From Octopus vulgaris (lineage: Eukaryota): a stretch of DNA of 64,000 bases. This document shows positions 40,060 to 53,020 of the stretch, piece after piece; position 1 is the first letter of the stretch, and every line of letters starts with the position of its first letter. Under the pieces are notes generated by a model. It was not told the origin of the DNA, made no database searches, and worked only from the letters and a program-made list of their open reading frames with translations. A program made the position numbers and the translations under genes. The stretch spans positions 12,958,001 through 13,022,000 of the forward strand of contig OX597834.1 of assembly GCA_951406725.2 (NCBI GenBank), in the 5' to 3' direction.

Positions 40060-40461
40060 TACTCTTTTACTTGTTTCAGTCATTTGACTGCGGCCATGCT
40101 GGAGCACCGCCTTTTAATCGAGCAAATCGACTCCAGGACTTATTCTTAGTAAGCCTAGTACTTATTCTATCGGTCTCTTTGCCGAACCGCTAAGTAACGG
40201 GGACGTAAACATACCAGCATCGGTTGTCAAGCGATGTTGGCGGGACAAACACAGACACATAAACATACACATACATATACATTTATATACATATATACGA
40301 CGGGCTTCCTTCAGTCTCCGTCTACCAAATCCACTCAAAAGGCTTTGGTCGGCCCGAGGCTATAGTACAAGAGACTTTCCCAAGGTGACACGCAGTGGGA
40401 CTGAACCCGGAACTATGTGGTTGGTAAGCAAGCTACTTACCACACAGCCACTCCTGCGCCT
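40060..40461 (-). mobile_element. SINE family B, full length
   Basis: Near-identical to the other family B copies. Confidence 0.92.
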
Positions 40462-40471
40462 ATATATATAC

Positions 40472-40519
<48 letters not shown>

Positions 40520-41071
40520 TATATACATATATATCTATGTATGTGCGTGTTTGCTTCTATATATACTGTGTAGATAATGCTTTAATCCATGCTGCTTCCT
40601 CATGAAGCATATTTGCAGACTTCGGTCTGTTTGTTATTTTTATAGATATTATTTTTATGAGATAGTTGAAAATATTAGAAATATTTGAAAATACTCTTAA
40701 ATACTGCAACTTAGTGCAGTATAATTACATTTTAAAGAGAGAAGTGGAGAAAAATTGTTATTACTTATTACATATTTGCATGTTTCATTATAAATGTGAG
40801 TTATATAGAGAATAAATATAGAAAAAACTTGGTAGACGTTTCCTGTTGATAATGTTTCAGAACGATGATTAAAATTATATATACTTTCAATGGATTGAAC
40901 CATCGTATATTAATCAGGTGTCATGGAGATTGAAAGGAATATCAGGGGGAAACAGAAGAAAGATTAATAAAGAGTATATTACGAATAAAAGTCATATTCA
41001 CACGCATACACTCGCGCGCACAACATATGCATATATTTATGAATAAGTAGATTGAGAGATATATAGAAAGA

Positions 41072-41455
41072 CTAGCAGTATCGCCCGGCGTTGCTCGGGT
41101 TTGTAAGGGAAATAACTATAAAGCATTTTTAGAGAGTTATAGCTAAAAAAATAGCAAAAAAATGTAGAAAAAATGATGGTAAATTTTTTTGAGAGTTAAA
41201 AAGGTCGAGTTGCTTCCCCTAGACAGTCTGTGGTTTGTGTTTCTGATTCTCGACCCCATGTCGAATTTATCGATTATTTTCAGAAATGGGGGAACTTTTC
41301 AAAATTTTCGCTGCGTTAGTTTTGAATTATGACATTGGGCTATGTGTGTGTCAAGTTTCATCAGAATCGGTTGAAAGCCGTGGTCAGGGTGAGGGTACAA
41401 CCTAACAGACACACATACACGCAGACAGACAAACTGCCGTTTATATATAGAGAGA
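41072..41455 (-). mobile_element. Non-autonomous Helitron (Lep1-like), second copy
   Basis: Reverse complement of 38342-38727 with the same TC and CTAG termini, in an AT target. Confidence 0.8.
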
Positions 41456-41739
41456 TATAACTAATGTAGGATAACATTTTTTTCGGGAAAAAAATTTTAT
41501 CACTGGCCGGTTAAATTTATAAATGATTAACATGGGTATGAGTAAGTATTTCACTTATATCTCGCGTATTTGCCGCTGAAGAGGGGAAAATTTCTTACAA
41601 ATTAACCCCGATAGAGATTTTATCGGTTTATTTCGAGACGCATAAATTATAATGTATATAGAAAGATAGATAAACATCTCCACACATGTATAGAAAAATT
41701 ATTATAGATCTACACATATATATTCTTTTATTGTTTTAA

Positions 41740-42124
41740 TCTTTTACTTGTTTCAGTCATTTGACTGCGGCCATGCTGGAGCATCGCATTTAGTCGAAGA
41801 AATCGACACCATGACTTATTCTTTGTAAGCCTGGTACTTGTTCTATCGGTCTCTTTGGCCGAACCACTAAGTTACGGAGACGTAAACACACCAGCATCGG
41901 TTGGGGGGACAAAGACAGACACGTAAACATACACACACACACATACATGTACATATATATGGCGGGTTCTTTCAGTTTCCGTTTACTAAATCCACTCACA
42001 AGGCTTTGGTTGGTCTGAGGCTATAGTAGAAGACACTTGCCCAAGGTTCCACGCTGTGGGACTGAACCCCAGAACCATGTGGTTGGTAAGGAAGCTACAT
42101 ACCACACAGACACTCCTGCGCCTA
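41740..42124 (-). mobile_element. SINE family B
   Basis: Matches family B with a small internal deletion. Confidence 0.9.
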
Positions 42125-43121
42125 TCGATATATATATATCGATTTCATCTTATACAAACAATTTCATTCTCACTTATACCCACACCCACACTCTCACACA
42201 CTCACTTACACACATACACATACATATGTGTGTGCATATGTGTGTGTGTGTAACCGAGTGTGTGAGCGTGTGTGTCTGTTTGTGCGTTGTATACGGAGCG
42301 CGTTAGTAAGAGTGGGTAATAAACTTATGTCCCTGTGATAATTTCCTATCGCGTCACAAATGTGAGACACTCACTGAAAACTTACCGCCATTATACCTGG
42401 TGGACATCAATGGATATCGGTAAATATGAAAAGTAGGTCTTCAGCATCATTTGCTTCATACGTCGGTTTAGTCTCAGATAAAATTTAAGTCAACATTTAT
42501 TATCAGTTTGATCTGAATATACAGTGAAATTTGAGGGAACCTTCAGGTATGTACGCTGTGGAACGTATTTCATAAGACTGTTGATGTATATGTTAGTTAT
42601 ATAACAAAATTCCCATGTTATTGTTGATATATTTCAAAATGTTAGTCATATTTGGAGTACCTTCTTTATTTTGCTATAAATATAACCTGTTTGTTGTTTA
42701 CCTCTGAAATGTTTAACGTATGAAGTTACGAAGTTACATATATACGTATGTGCGAGTGTGTTTGTACGTCTGTCTGTGTGAGTATGTGCATATAAAGTAT
42801 TCATATGTATATGTACATGTTTGTATAAGACTGTTTACACCTATGTGTGTATGACTTATTTCTTTTATGGCTGTCTATCACACAGTGCAATTTAAATCTC
42901 GAAAAACTAGATACAAACAATTTGAAAAGCCGCTCCAGGCTCTGTAATATCTTTAACAGTGAGTGCAATATTTTAATGAGAGCTTAATAGAAAGAAAACA
43001 ATGAGATAAAACTAACTTCCATCACATAATTACACGGGCAGAATGAATAATAGAAGTTCATCGTTTTTTCGCCATTGGGACATAGACAAATGAAAAACAG
43101 AGAACGAAATGTGAAATAGAA

Positions 43122-43711
<590 letters not shown>

Positions 43712-45709
43712 CTCTATATTTCAAAGCAAATGTTTTCACCTAAAATGCACCTTGTCCGCTAGTCCAGATGAATGTGAAATCAGCTTTTTTCAGTTTCTTT
43801 TCCGTTTTGTTCTTCAGAGACGAAATTTCCATCAAACAATTTCACAAATATTTGAGACGATTTTTAGAACAACATACCTGTACAAGGACATTCAAATTTT
43901 GAACGATAGTATTCAATAATAGCTTCCTTTAAGTTAAACGAATTGCTCTCAACAATCAATTTAAACTTTTTTAAAGTAATGAATCGCCAGGCTGTGATGA
44001 ACACATTGGTATATTTTATGAAACACCGTCCGGTATAATTTGTTCTAGTCTACATATTTTCAAAAAATGATTAATAGCTTTGATTTTAGCACGTAATCGA
44101 TTAACCATTTTAACTGATAGAAATAACGATTTTTCATTTAGTAATTTGTATTTGAATGGTACAAAATCCATTGCCTCAGGATTGGGCTCAACACTGGGGT
44201 CAAACGAAAATAGGGGAGCTGAGAAACCAACTATAAAAAGGAATAAAATGCAAAAGCTGTAATTTTATAATACGATTTTCCTTAGACACCCGGCTGTTTA
44301 GGTAACTTCCAGAATTTCTAAATGTTCCAATTCTTATTCTGTGTAACATAAAATCAACAATCTAAATCTATTTGATTTTGATATTTTAAAAGGATTCACG
44401 AAACTCCGCTCAAAGGTAAATAGACAATATGAAAAAGCATGATTCAGATTGCAATAAATATTTTATTGGTTGAATGACATTTCGGCAGCTAACCTATCTT
44501 TGTCGAGTTCAAAATGAAAAGTGATCCTCAGAAATTCAAAATTATAAAAATTGAAATTCAGAATTTGAAGGAGAAGGAGGCAAAGAGCGTCCCATCTTTG
44601 ATGGAATGACTTCAAAAGTCTTAAATTTTGAAGTTTAAAACTGAGAAATAGAAAAAGAAAGCACGCCATCCTATTGATAATAATACTAATAATATAAAGT
44701 TTTAATATTTTGGAACAAGGCCGGCAAGGGATTAATTGATTAGTTAAATGTAAACGTAATCATTAATAGGAATTAAAAAATGAAACGTCTAGGTTTCATT
44801 GTTTTAGATGCATTAGTGAAATAATTAAAACGATTTTAAAATATAAACAAATATATGGTAATATTATTTGTCCAGCTGTAGTCGTCCTTGGCGGTGGTGT
44901 TAACTCGCATCAGAGTAACAGACTATATTCAGTGAATGTAAACGGTGCCATGGCCTGGGGGGATTATTCAGTAAAATTTTCAATAATCATGAAATAATGA
45001 CCTGAAATCGCACTTGCTTCAGTCTTTGACGGACAGCACCAGAAGTTCTATAAACGCGAAATCAGGAATTTTCCAGTAAGACAGCAAAAGGTCATCGTGC
45101 AAAATGAAAAACATATAATTGTTTGAAATTCATTCTTTGCATGTAAAAAACAATATTACTTGTATTTCACACAAATAGTACAGAAACTTTCTTGCCAACC
45201 CAATATTTGCGAACCCAGGGAAATTTTGCATGTGTGAATGCTTGTGTTATAGCGTACAAATCGACAATATTTACACCAAACAATATACAAGACACACCAG
45301 GGGACCCCGTATAGCGCTGTTTGAAGAAAGAACCATACCCCAGGAAAATCAATTTCTGAAGATTTAATAAAAGATATCATACATTGATTCGATGGTTGGT
45401 ATCAGTGCTTATTGGATCACAAATAATAAATAAGCGATGGAACACATAAATTATGATTGGATGTCATATTGATTACAATTCTTATCGTTCCGATAAAAGC
45501 GAGACGGATATATATTTTACAATGATGTTCGTTCATGCGATTGGTTAAAAGAAAAACTGGAATACTGAAGAATGTGATTCCTTTCAAGACATTTTGTTCT
45601 ATCTTGACTGGTTTGTGAGTAAACAACAGCGGTTAAAGACAAAACAATAACAACCCACCAAAATATAAACATGAAATCAAATACAACTCACTTTCCTGTT
45701 CTCTTTCAG

Positions 45710-46020
45710 GCACTCAGTCGTTTAAGATGGCGGCTGTTCCGCTTGATCCGATCAACAGAACAGGCTGCGCGTCAAATTTACCTACAGGTTACTGAGCAAT
45801 CCACATAAACGCAGCCCTTCAAATATTTCACAGGGAGAGTCAGTATGACAGGATGTGACAAGAATCTCCCTTTAAATTACAGGTACAACTCATCTTGGCC
45901 TGCCGAATGTCCTGGTATAATATGAAATAAAGTATCCCGCTCAAGGACACTATGACCCACCGGGAATCGAACGCAATATATTGCGAATGTGAAGCGAATA
46001 TTGTGACCACTTAGCCACAC
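45710..46020 (-). mobile_element. SINE family A-related, old degenerate copy
   Basis: TTGATCCGATCAACAGAACAGGCTGC..TACAGGTACAAC..GGGAATCGAAC..ACCACTTAGCCA. Confidence 0.65.
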
Positions 46021-46418
46021 GATTTCAATTATCATTACCTTACTGTGAAACATAAACTAATCAATGCGATTCCATAAATTTTCTTTGAGTGCTAATTGAG
46101 TGATAATTATAATTTAAAAAAATTGAGCTTGGAGACATCACGCTAAAATCTAATATTCGCTATTTAACATAATACGCTTTATCAATTCAATGCACTTCTT
46201 TAATCTCTAATTGCGTTCTAATGAAGTAATAGAAACGAGTAGTTAGTGGATAATGCCGTAGTCGTTAGCTTATACTTTCATGATAAATAAAGAAATTATG
46301 TAAATATGAAATGATATAAATGTTCAGATTATGGGGAACAAATGTTTCTCCTATTGGCAGAAATCCTGAAAGTTTTAATGAGATGACCATTAGATTTCAT
46401 GAATATCAATACTCGGAA

Positions 46419-46921
46419 GTTATTTTATCGTGTGCCGAAAGGATATCAGTTATTTTATTGTGTACCGAAATGATATCAGTTATTTTATCGTGTGCCGAAA
46501 GGATATCAGTTATTTTATCGTGTGCCGAAATGATATCAGTTATTTTATCGTGTGTCGAAAGGATATCAGTTATTTTATCGTGTGCCGAAAGGATATCAGT
46601 TATTTTATCGTGTGCCGAAATGATATCAGTTATTTTATCGTGTGCCGAAATGATATCAGTTATTTTATCGTGTGCCGAAATGATATCAGTTATTTTATCG
46701 TGTGCCGAAATTATATCAGATCGTGTGCCGAAATTATATCAGTTACTTTATCGTGTGCCGAAATGATATCAGTTATTTTATCGTGTGCCGAAAGGATATC
46801 AGTTATTTTATCGTGTACCGAAAGGATATCAGTTATTTTATCGTGTGCCGAAATGATATCAGTTATTTTATCGTGTGCCGAAATGATATCAGTTATTTTA
46901 TCGTGTGCCGAAAGGATATCA
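46419..46921. repeat. 30-bp minisatellite (GTTATTTTATCGTGTGCCGAAA[G/T]GATATCA), ~16 full units plus one partial
   Basis: Direct tandem units with no spacers, embedded in a degenerate minus-strand SINE C. Confidence 0.95.
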
Positions 46922-47290
46922 GGTAAATTTGACTCCGGTGTCATTTGAACTCAGAATGAAAAGACAGAATAAATTCCGCATAGCATTTTCTCCATCCTGT
47001 TAACCATTCTACCAGCTCACCTTCTTGAATGTGGCTAGTAATAGGCACAACACCTATACGTTTCAGGGAGCAGGATTGTCCATTCACCCGGCCCCTCTGC
47101 TACAATGCTACGCATTCTGTCGTCCCTGAAAGACTGAAAAAATATTCGATATCTGTGATATTTGAACGTAAAGTTACAAGAAATAGGCTACAGTATTTTC
47201 ACCTATGTCTTAACGATTCGTCCAGATCGTTATCAATAATATATATTTGCTATGACCATAATAATAACAATAACCTAAATATACAGCTAT

Positions 47291-47676
47291 ACTCTTTTAC
47301 TCTTTTACTTGTTTCAGTCCTTTGACTGCGGCCATGCCGGAGCACCGCCTTTAGTCGAGCAAATCGACCCCGGGACTTATTCTTTGTAAGCCCAGTACTT
47401 ATTCTATCGGTCTCTTTTGCCGAACCGCTAAGTGACGGGGACGTAAACACACCAGCATCGGTTGTCAAGCAATGCTAGGGGAACAAACACGGTCACACAA
47501 ACACACACACAAACGTATATATATATTTATATATATATATATATACATGATAGGCTTCTTTCAGTTTCCGTCTACCAAATCCACTCACAAGGCATTGGTC
47601 GGCCCGGGGCCATAGCAGAAGACATTTGCCCAAGATGCCACGCAGTGGGACTGAACCCGGAACCATAGCCACTCCA
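47291..47676 (-). mobile_element. SINE family B (head partly deleted)
   Basis: Matches family B. Confidence 0.9.
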
Positions 47677-47867
47677 GCTATGTTCAAATTCTTTCGTGAA
47701 TTTATTAAACTAAATGCTTTTCATGCTCTTAGTGTATTACCAATAAATCACTAGTTTTATACTAATTTTCATTATTGTCTTTTTTTTGTCAAATATTTAT
47801 TTTTTATCAAGTATTGTAAAATGGCTTTATTTCTTTTATTTGTGACACTTTTTCTGAAATATTAATC

Positions 47868-48266
47868 TAAGTAAGTAGCTTGTTTACCAACCACATGGTT
47901 CCGGGTTCAATCCCACTGCGTGGCAGCTTGGGCAAGTGTCTTCTACTATAGCCTCGGGCCGACCAAAGCCTTGTGAGTGGATTTGGTAGACGGAAACTGA
48001 AAAGAAGCCCGTCGTATATATGTATATGTATATATGTATGTGTGTGTTTGTGTGTCTGTGTTTGTACCCCTAGCATTGCTTGACAACCGATGCTGGTGTG
48101 TTTACGTCCCCGTCACTTAGCTGTTCGGCAAAAGAGAATGATAGAATAAGTACTGGGCTTACAAAGAATAAGTCCCGGGGTCGATTTGCTCGACTAAAGG
48201 CGGTGCTCCAGCATGGCCGCAGTCAAATGACTGAAACAAGTAAAATAGTAAAAAGAGTAAAGAGTA
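47868..48266 (+). mobile_element. SINE family B (slightly 5'-truncated)
   Basis: Matches family B and is inverted relative to 47291-47676. Confidence 0.9.
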
Positions 48267-48357
48267 CCTTTCTACAAATACAGAAATCTCGGTAATCATG
48301 AATTTAAAAAAGAAAATGTCATGTGGGCAAAGTACAGGTATTTCAATTCTAAAAAGT

Positions 48358-48745
48358 TTATGAGCCACGGCTCTGTGATAAGATGTTTGCTTCCGAGCTC
48401 CGGGTTCTGTTGTACAGTCGGGCAACTTGGGGAACAGCTTTTTGCTACAGCCCAGGGCCAACCAATTCATACTGAGTAGATTTGGTCAACTGAAACTGAA
48501 AGAAGCCTGTCGTCTGTATATGTGAGTGTGTGGACTTGTGTGTGCTTGTGTGTGTGTGTGTGTTTATGTGTGTGCGTGTGTGTTTGTGTTTGTGTGTCTG
48601 TGTGTTCTGTATATGTCGCCGATCACCGCTTGGCTAAAAGGCTTTAAAAGTAAGTACTGCGTTCGATTCCTCCCAGTATGAGTTTGATGGCATATGTCCC
48701 AACAGTTGAACACTGCAGCGACTTAAACAAGTAACAGACAAAAGA
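48358..48745 (+). mobile_element. SINE family B, old degenerate copy
   Basis: GAGTAGATTTGGTCAACTGAAACTGAAAGAAGCCTGTCGT, TG microsatellite and GACTTAAACAAGTAA tail. Confidence 0.7.
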
Positions 48746-49224
48746 TGACAGATATGAAGAGTGATGTTTTACCAACCAGAATCCTCAATGATTCAAAATG
48801 TGTCTCTCAGTTCGAGAAAGGAAAATCCAAACCTATTAGGAAACTGTGAGATAACTGAAGAATAAAAAACAAAATATTCAAAGAATAATTCTTATACTGG
48901 TAGCTAAAATGTGAAAAAGATTTACGTGCCTGGCTATGAAAATGACTTCATATTCATATTCTATTAGTAGGGAAATATCTTAGTAGAGAAAGGCATTCTG
49001 TCAGGAGTAATGTGCATAATTATACAACAATGCTGACAAAGAATATAATATCGTTTCGTAAAATTCATATATTTCGTTGCTATATATGTATCAGTGCATG
49101 AGTTCCTGAGCGGGTATATATACGCACATGCATAGTGCATACATATCCGCATACATACATGCATACATACATGCATGCATGCATACTGCCATACATGATT
49201 TCATATATAACTACATACAGATAC

Positions 49225-49477
49225 CGACGTATAGACAGACAGCCAACTAGACAGATATATAGGTAGATAAATAGAGAAACAAGCAGCCAAATAGATAGAT
49301 AGATAGATGGATAAATAGATAGACAGAGAGACAGACAGATAGGTAGATAGATAGATAAATAGATAGATAGATAGATAGATAGATAGATGGATAGATAGAC
49401 AGATAGATAAATAGGTATGTAGATATATGGATAGACTGATTTATAAATATATATATATATGTAGAAGGGTAGATGGC

Positions 49478-49540
<63 letters not shown>

Positions 49541-49574
49541 GTAGATGGACAGACAGGCAGACAGACAGAGAAAC

Positions 49575-49661
<87 letters not shown>

Positions 49662-49736
49662 CAGATAGATAAATAGGTATGTAGATATATGGATAGAGTG
49701 ATTTATAAATATATATATATGTAGAAGGTAGATGGC

Positions 49737-49795
<59 letters not shown>

Positions 49796-49829
49796 GTAGA
49801 TGGACAGACAGGCAGACAGACAGAGAAAC

Positions 49830-49873
<44 letters not shown>
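49225..49873. repeat. (GATA)n/(GACA)n microsatellite with ~260-bp higher-order duplication
   Basis: The block ACAGATAGATAAATAGGTATGTAGATATATGGATAGA..GGTAGATGGACAGACAGGCAGACAGACAGAGAAAC occurs twice (~49399 and ~49661). Confidence 0.9.
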
Positions 49874-51806
49874 TAATAATTACTCATACGTTCAAATTAA
49901 AATGAATATCGAACAAAATCACATGAAACAAAATAAACATTTTATATATCATACATACAAATATACATAGAAAGTTGAATCAATTTAATATTGTTAAATT
50001 ACCGTAACAAGACAACAACAAAGGAGAACATGAATCGTAAATTAATATAAGGCAACCGTTTAATAAAATAAAAAACAAATCAGTTTTGTTAAAAGCACAT
50101 CAGCTCTGTTCACTAATAACGATTTCGATACTTGGTAGAAAGCCAACTGTTTTGGAGAAGGAAAGCTTTGGTTACATCGACAGAGAATTTAGGTAAATAT
50201 CAAATTAATTGACCACACAAGTAGGGAATGAATCGACATAGATTTCTCAAAGGGTTTTTCACTAATAAAATGGCGGAATTTAATAATGCATAATATCGTT
50301 GTATCATTTCTAATTTTTTTCACTATTGCAAACTGTTTGCCTATTTTAATTTATAATAATTTGTACCTCAATCAAAGGTTTGTAGGTTTGTATACGATAC
50401 ATTCTCGATTAAGTCGATTTTAATCCTTGGCTATTATTTTAATGTTTGGAGGACTTAATATAGATAGGGTAAATTTGACTGATCATTTACTAGTGGTAAT
50501 ACTATTGAAAGGACGAGTAATAACCCTTCCTCAAACAGACACCCGGTGTAAAATATGGTATAGGAGGATTTGTCTATTATATCAGCCCCGTTACTCAGCT
50601 GGTAATAAATTTATCCACTCCGAAGTGATGAAAAGCAAAGTCGACCTTTGAGGAACCTGATCTCAGAGCATGGAGATGGACGAAATGCTGCTAAGTCGAT
50701 TTGCTCGACTAAAGGTGGTGCTCCAGCATGGCTACAGTCAAATGACTGAAACAAGTAAAAGAGTAAGATAGTATATATTCATTTCTTAAGTTTCTAGCAG
50801 AATTCATTCCAACAAAATGAAAACCGTGTATCTACAGACAAGTAATTTAGTAATTTATTCCGTAGCCATAAACTTAGCGATTTGTTTTTCCTATAAAATC
50901 CTACCGACAGACAACACAAGCAATATGATATATAAAATTGGGAATAGAGAGAAATAGAAAAAGAAGTGGGGGAAAATATTTCAAAACTGAATTAATAAAA
51001 AATATTATTTTCCGAAGTAGGAAGGAAAATGTGATAGAAATAAATACCGAGTAAAACTGTATTTATCTATATCAGAAAATGGATCAGAAGGTTATATATG
51101 GAATCTGAAGTCATTTAAACAAACATACAGTTTTAGTCTATAGAGATTAAAAGCTAATAATGACACTATTAAAAATTATTATACATGAAAATCCACTGAG
51201 AGAACAGTTACCAGCGAAAATCATTTAAAACAAATTATTGAAGATACGCTGAAATATCGAAGTTTCTTGAAATATCGTTTATGATTTATATAGAAAAATA
51301 GAAATTCATTTTATTAAAAAAATTGAAAGCAGAAAGCCTATTTAAAGCAACATTGATTTTGATAAATATTAACCTAATTTTGTAGTTTTTACATTTATAT
51401 TATATTTCTATAATTTATTGTTGAATTTAGTGATTTTAATTGTTGTAGGTATTTGTTTGGTTTGCATTTAGATTTCAAAAGACTTTTGCTAAAAGAATAT
51501 GAAAGAAACTAAGTTTATCTCTAGGGATTTCATTTAAATTTGATATGTAAGTATGCTTTATTTTCTCAGTGTTTCTATTTCGTTGAATTTAATGATATTG
51601 ATTTGAATTCAGTTGACTTTTGAGATTGTATTGCTTCTCAGAAAATTCAAATATAGCAACGTTTGACGTTATTCTAGTTTTAAGCATCTACACATTAGGT
51701 ATTTTATTTTTAGAACATCTGATGGGAAACACAGAAATAGAATTAATTACTTGTGTATCTTTGATATATGATATCTTTTCAGGTCTCATCTCTAGTTGAT
51801 ATATAT

Positions 51807-51870
<64 letters not shown>

Positions 51871-51871
51871 G

Positions 51872-51960
<89 letters not shown>

Positions 51961-52086
51961 TATAATTAATCCTGTTTTGTAAATGAAATTAGCGGTAGCT
52001 GCTCTTTTTTGTGGAAGTAATTAATTTAATTACCGAGAAGAGATAGAACAAAGATATGTACTGTAACTGTAAGATTTGTACCAGAT

Positions 52087-53020
52087 ATTATTCTTTCTAC
52101 TCTAGGCAGAGGAGGAAACTGGTCGATTAGATTGACCTCAGTACGCAACTGGTACTTAATTTATCGAGCTCAGCGGAATTTGATCTCAGAACGTAAAGAC
52201 AAACGAAATGTCGCTAAGCATTTCGCCTGTCGTGCTTGCCAACATTTCTTATCAAGGGGCTAAACATGGAGGGAACAAACAAGGACGAACAGACGGATTA
52301 AGTCGATTATATCGACCCCACTACGTAACTGGTACTTAATTTAACGACCCCGAAAGGATGAAAGGCAAAGTCGACCTCGGCGGGATTTGAACTCAGAACG
52401 TAGCGGCAGACGATATACCTATTTCTTTACTACCCAGAAGGGGCTAAATACAGAGAAGACAAACAAGGACAGACAAACGGATTAAGTCGATTATATCGAT
52501 CCTAGTGCGTAACTGGTACTTAAATTATCGACCCCAAAAGGATGAAAGTCAAATGCGACCTCGGCGGCATTTGAACTCAGAACGTAGCGGCAGACGATAT
52601 ACCTATTTCTTTACTACCCAGAAGGGGCTAAATACAGAGAAGACAAACAAGGACAGACAAACGGATTAAGTCGATTATATCGATCCTAGTGCGTAACTGG
52701 TACTTAAATTATCGACCCCAAAAGGATGAAAGTCAAATGCGACCTCGGCGGCATTTGAACTCAGAACGTAGCGGCAAAAGAAATACCTATTTCTTTACTG
52801 CCCACAAGGTGCTACACACAGAAGGTACAAACAAGGACAGACAAAGGGATTAAGTCGATTACATCGACTCCAGTGCGTAACTGGTACTTAATTTATTGAC
52901 TCCGAAAGGATGAAAGGCAAAGTCGACCTCGGCGGAAATTGTACTCAGAACATAACGGCAGACAAAATACCGCTCGGCATTTCGCCTGGCGTGCTAATGC
53001 TTCCGACAGCTCACCACCTT
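52087..53020 (-). mobile_element. Tandem multimer of SINE family C (184-bp period)
   Basis: ACCTATTTCTTTACT recurs at 52417, 52601 and 52785. One head at ~53020 and five body copies. Confidence 0.9.

Noticed and set aside
46419-46921. CRISPR-like 30-bp repeats and 148-172 aa repetitive ORFs
   Set aside because: Units are contiguous with no spacers, there are no cas genes and the context is eukaryotic. The ORFs arise from the 30-bp period.
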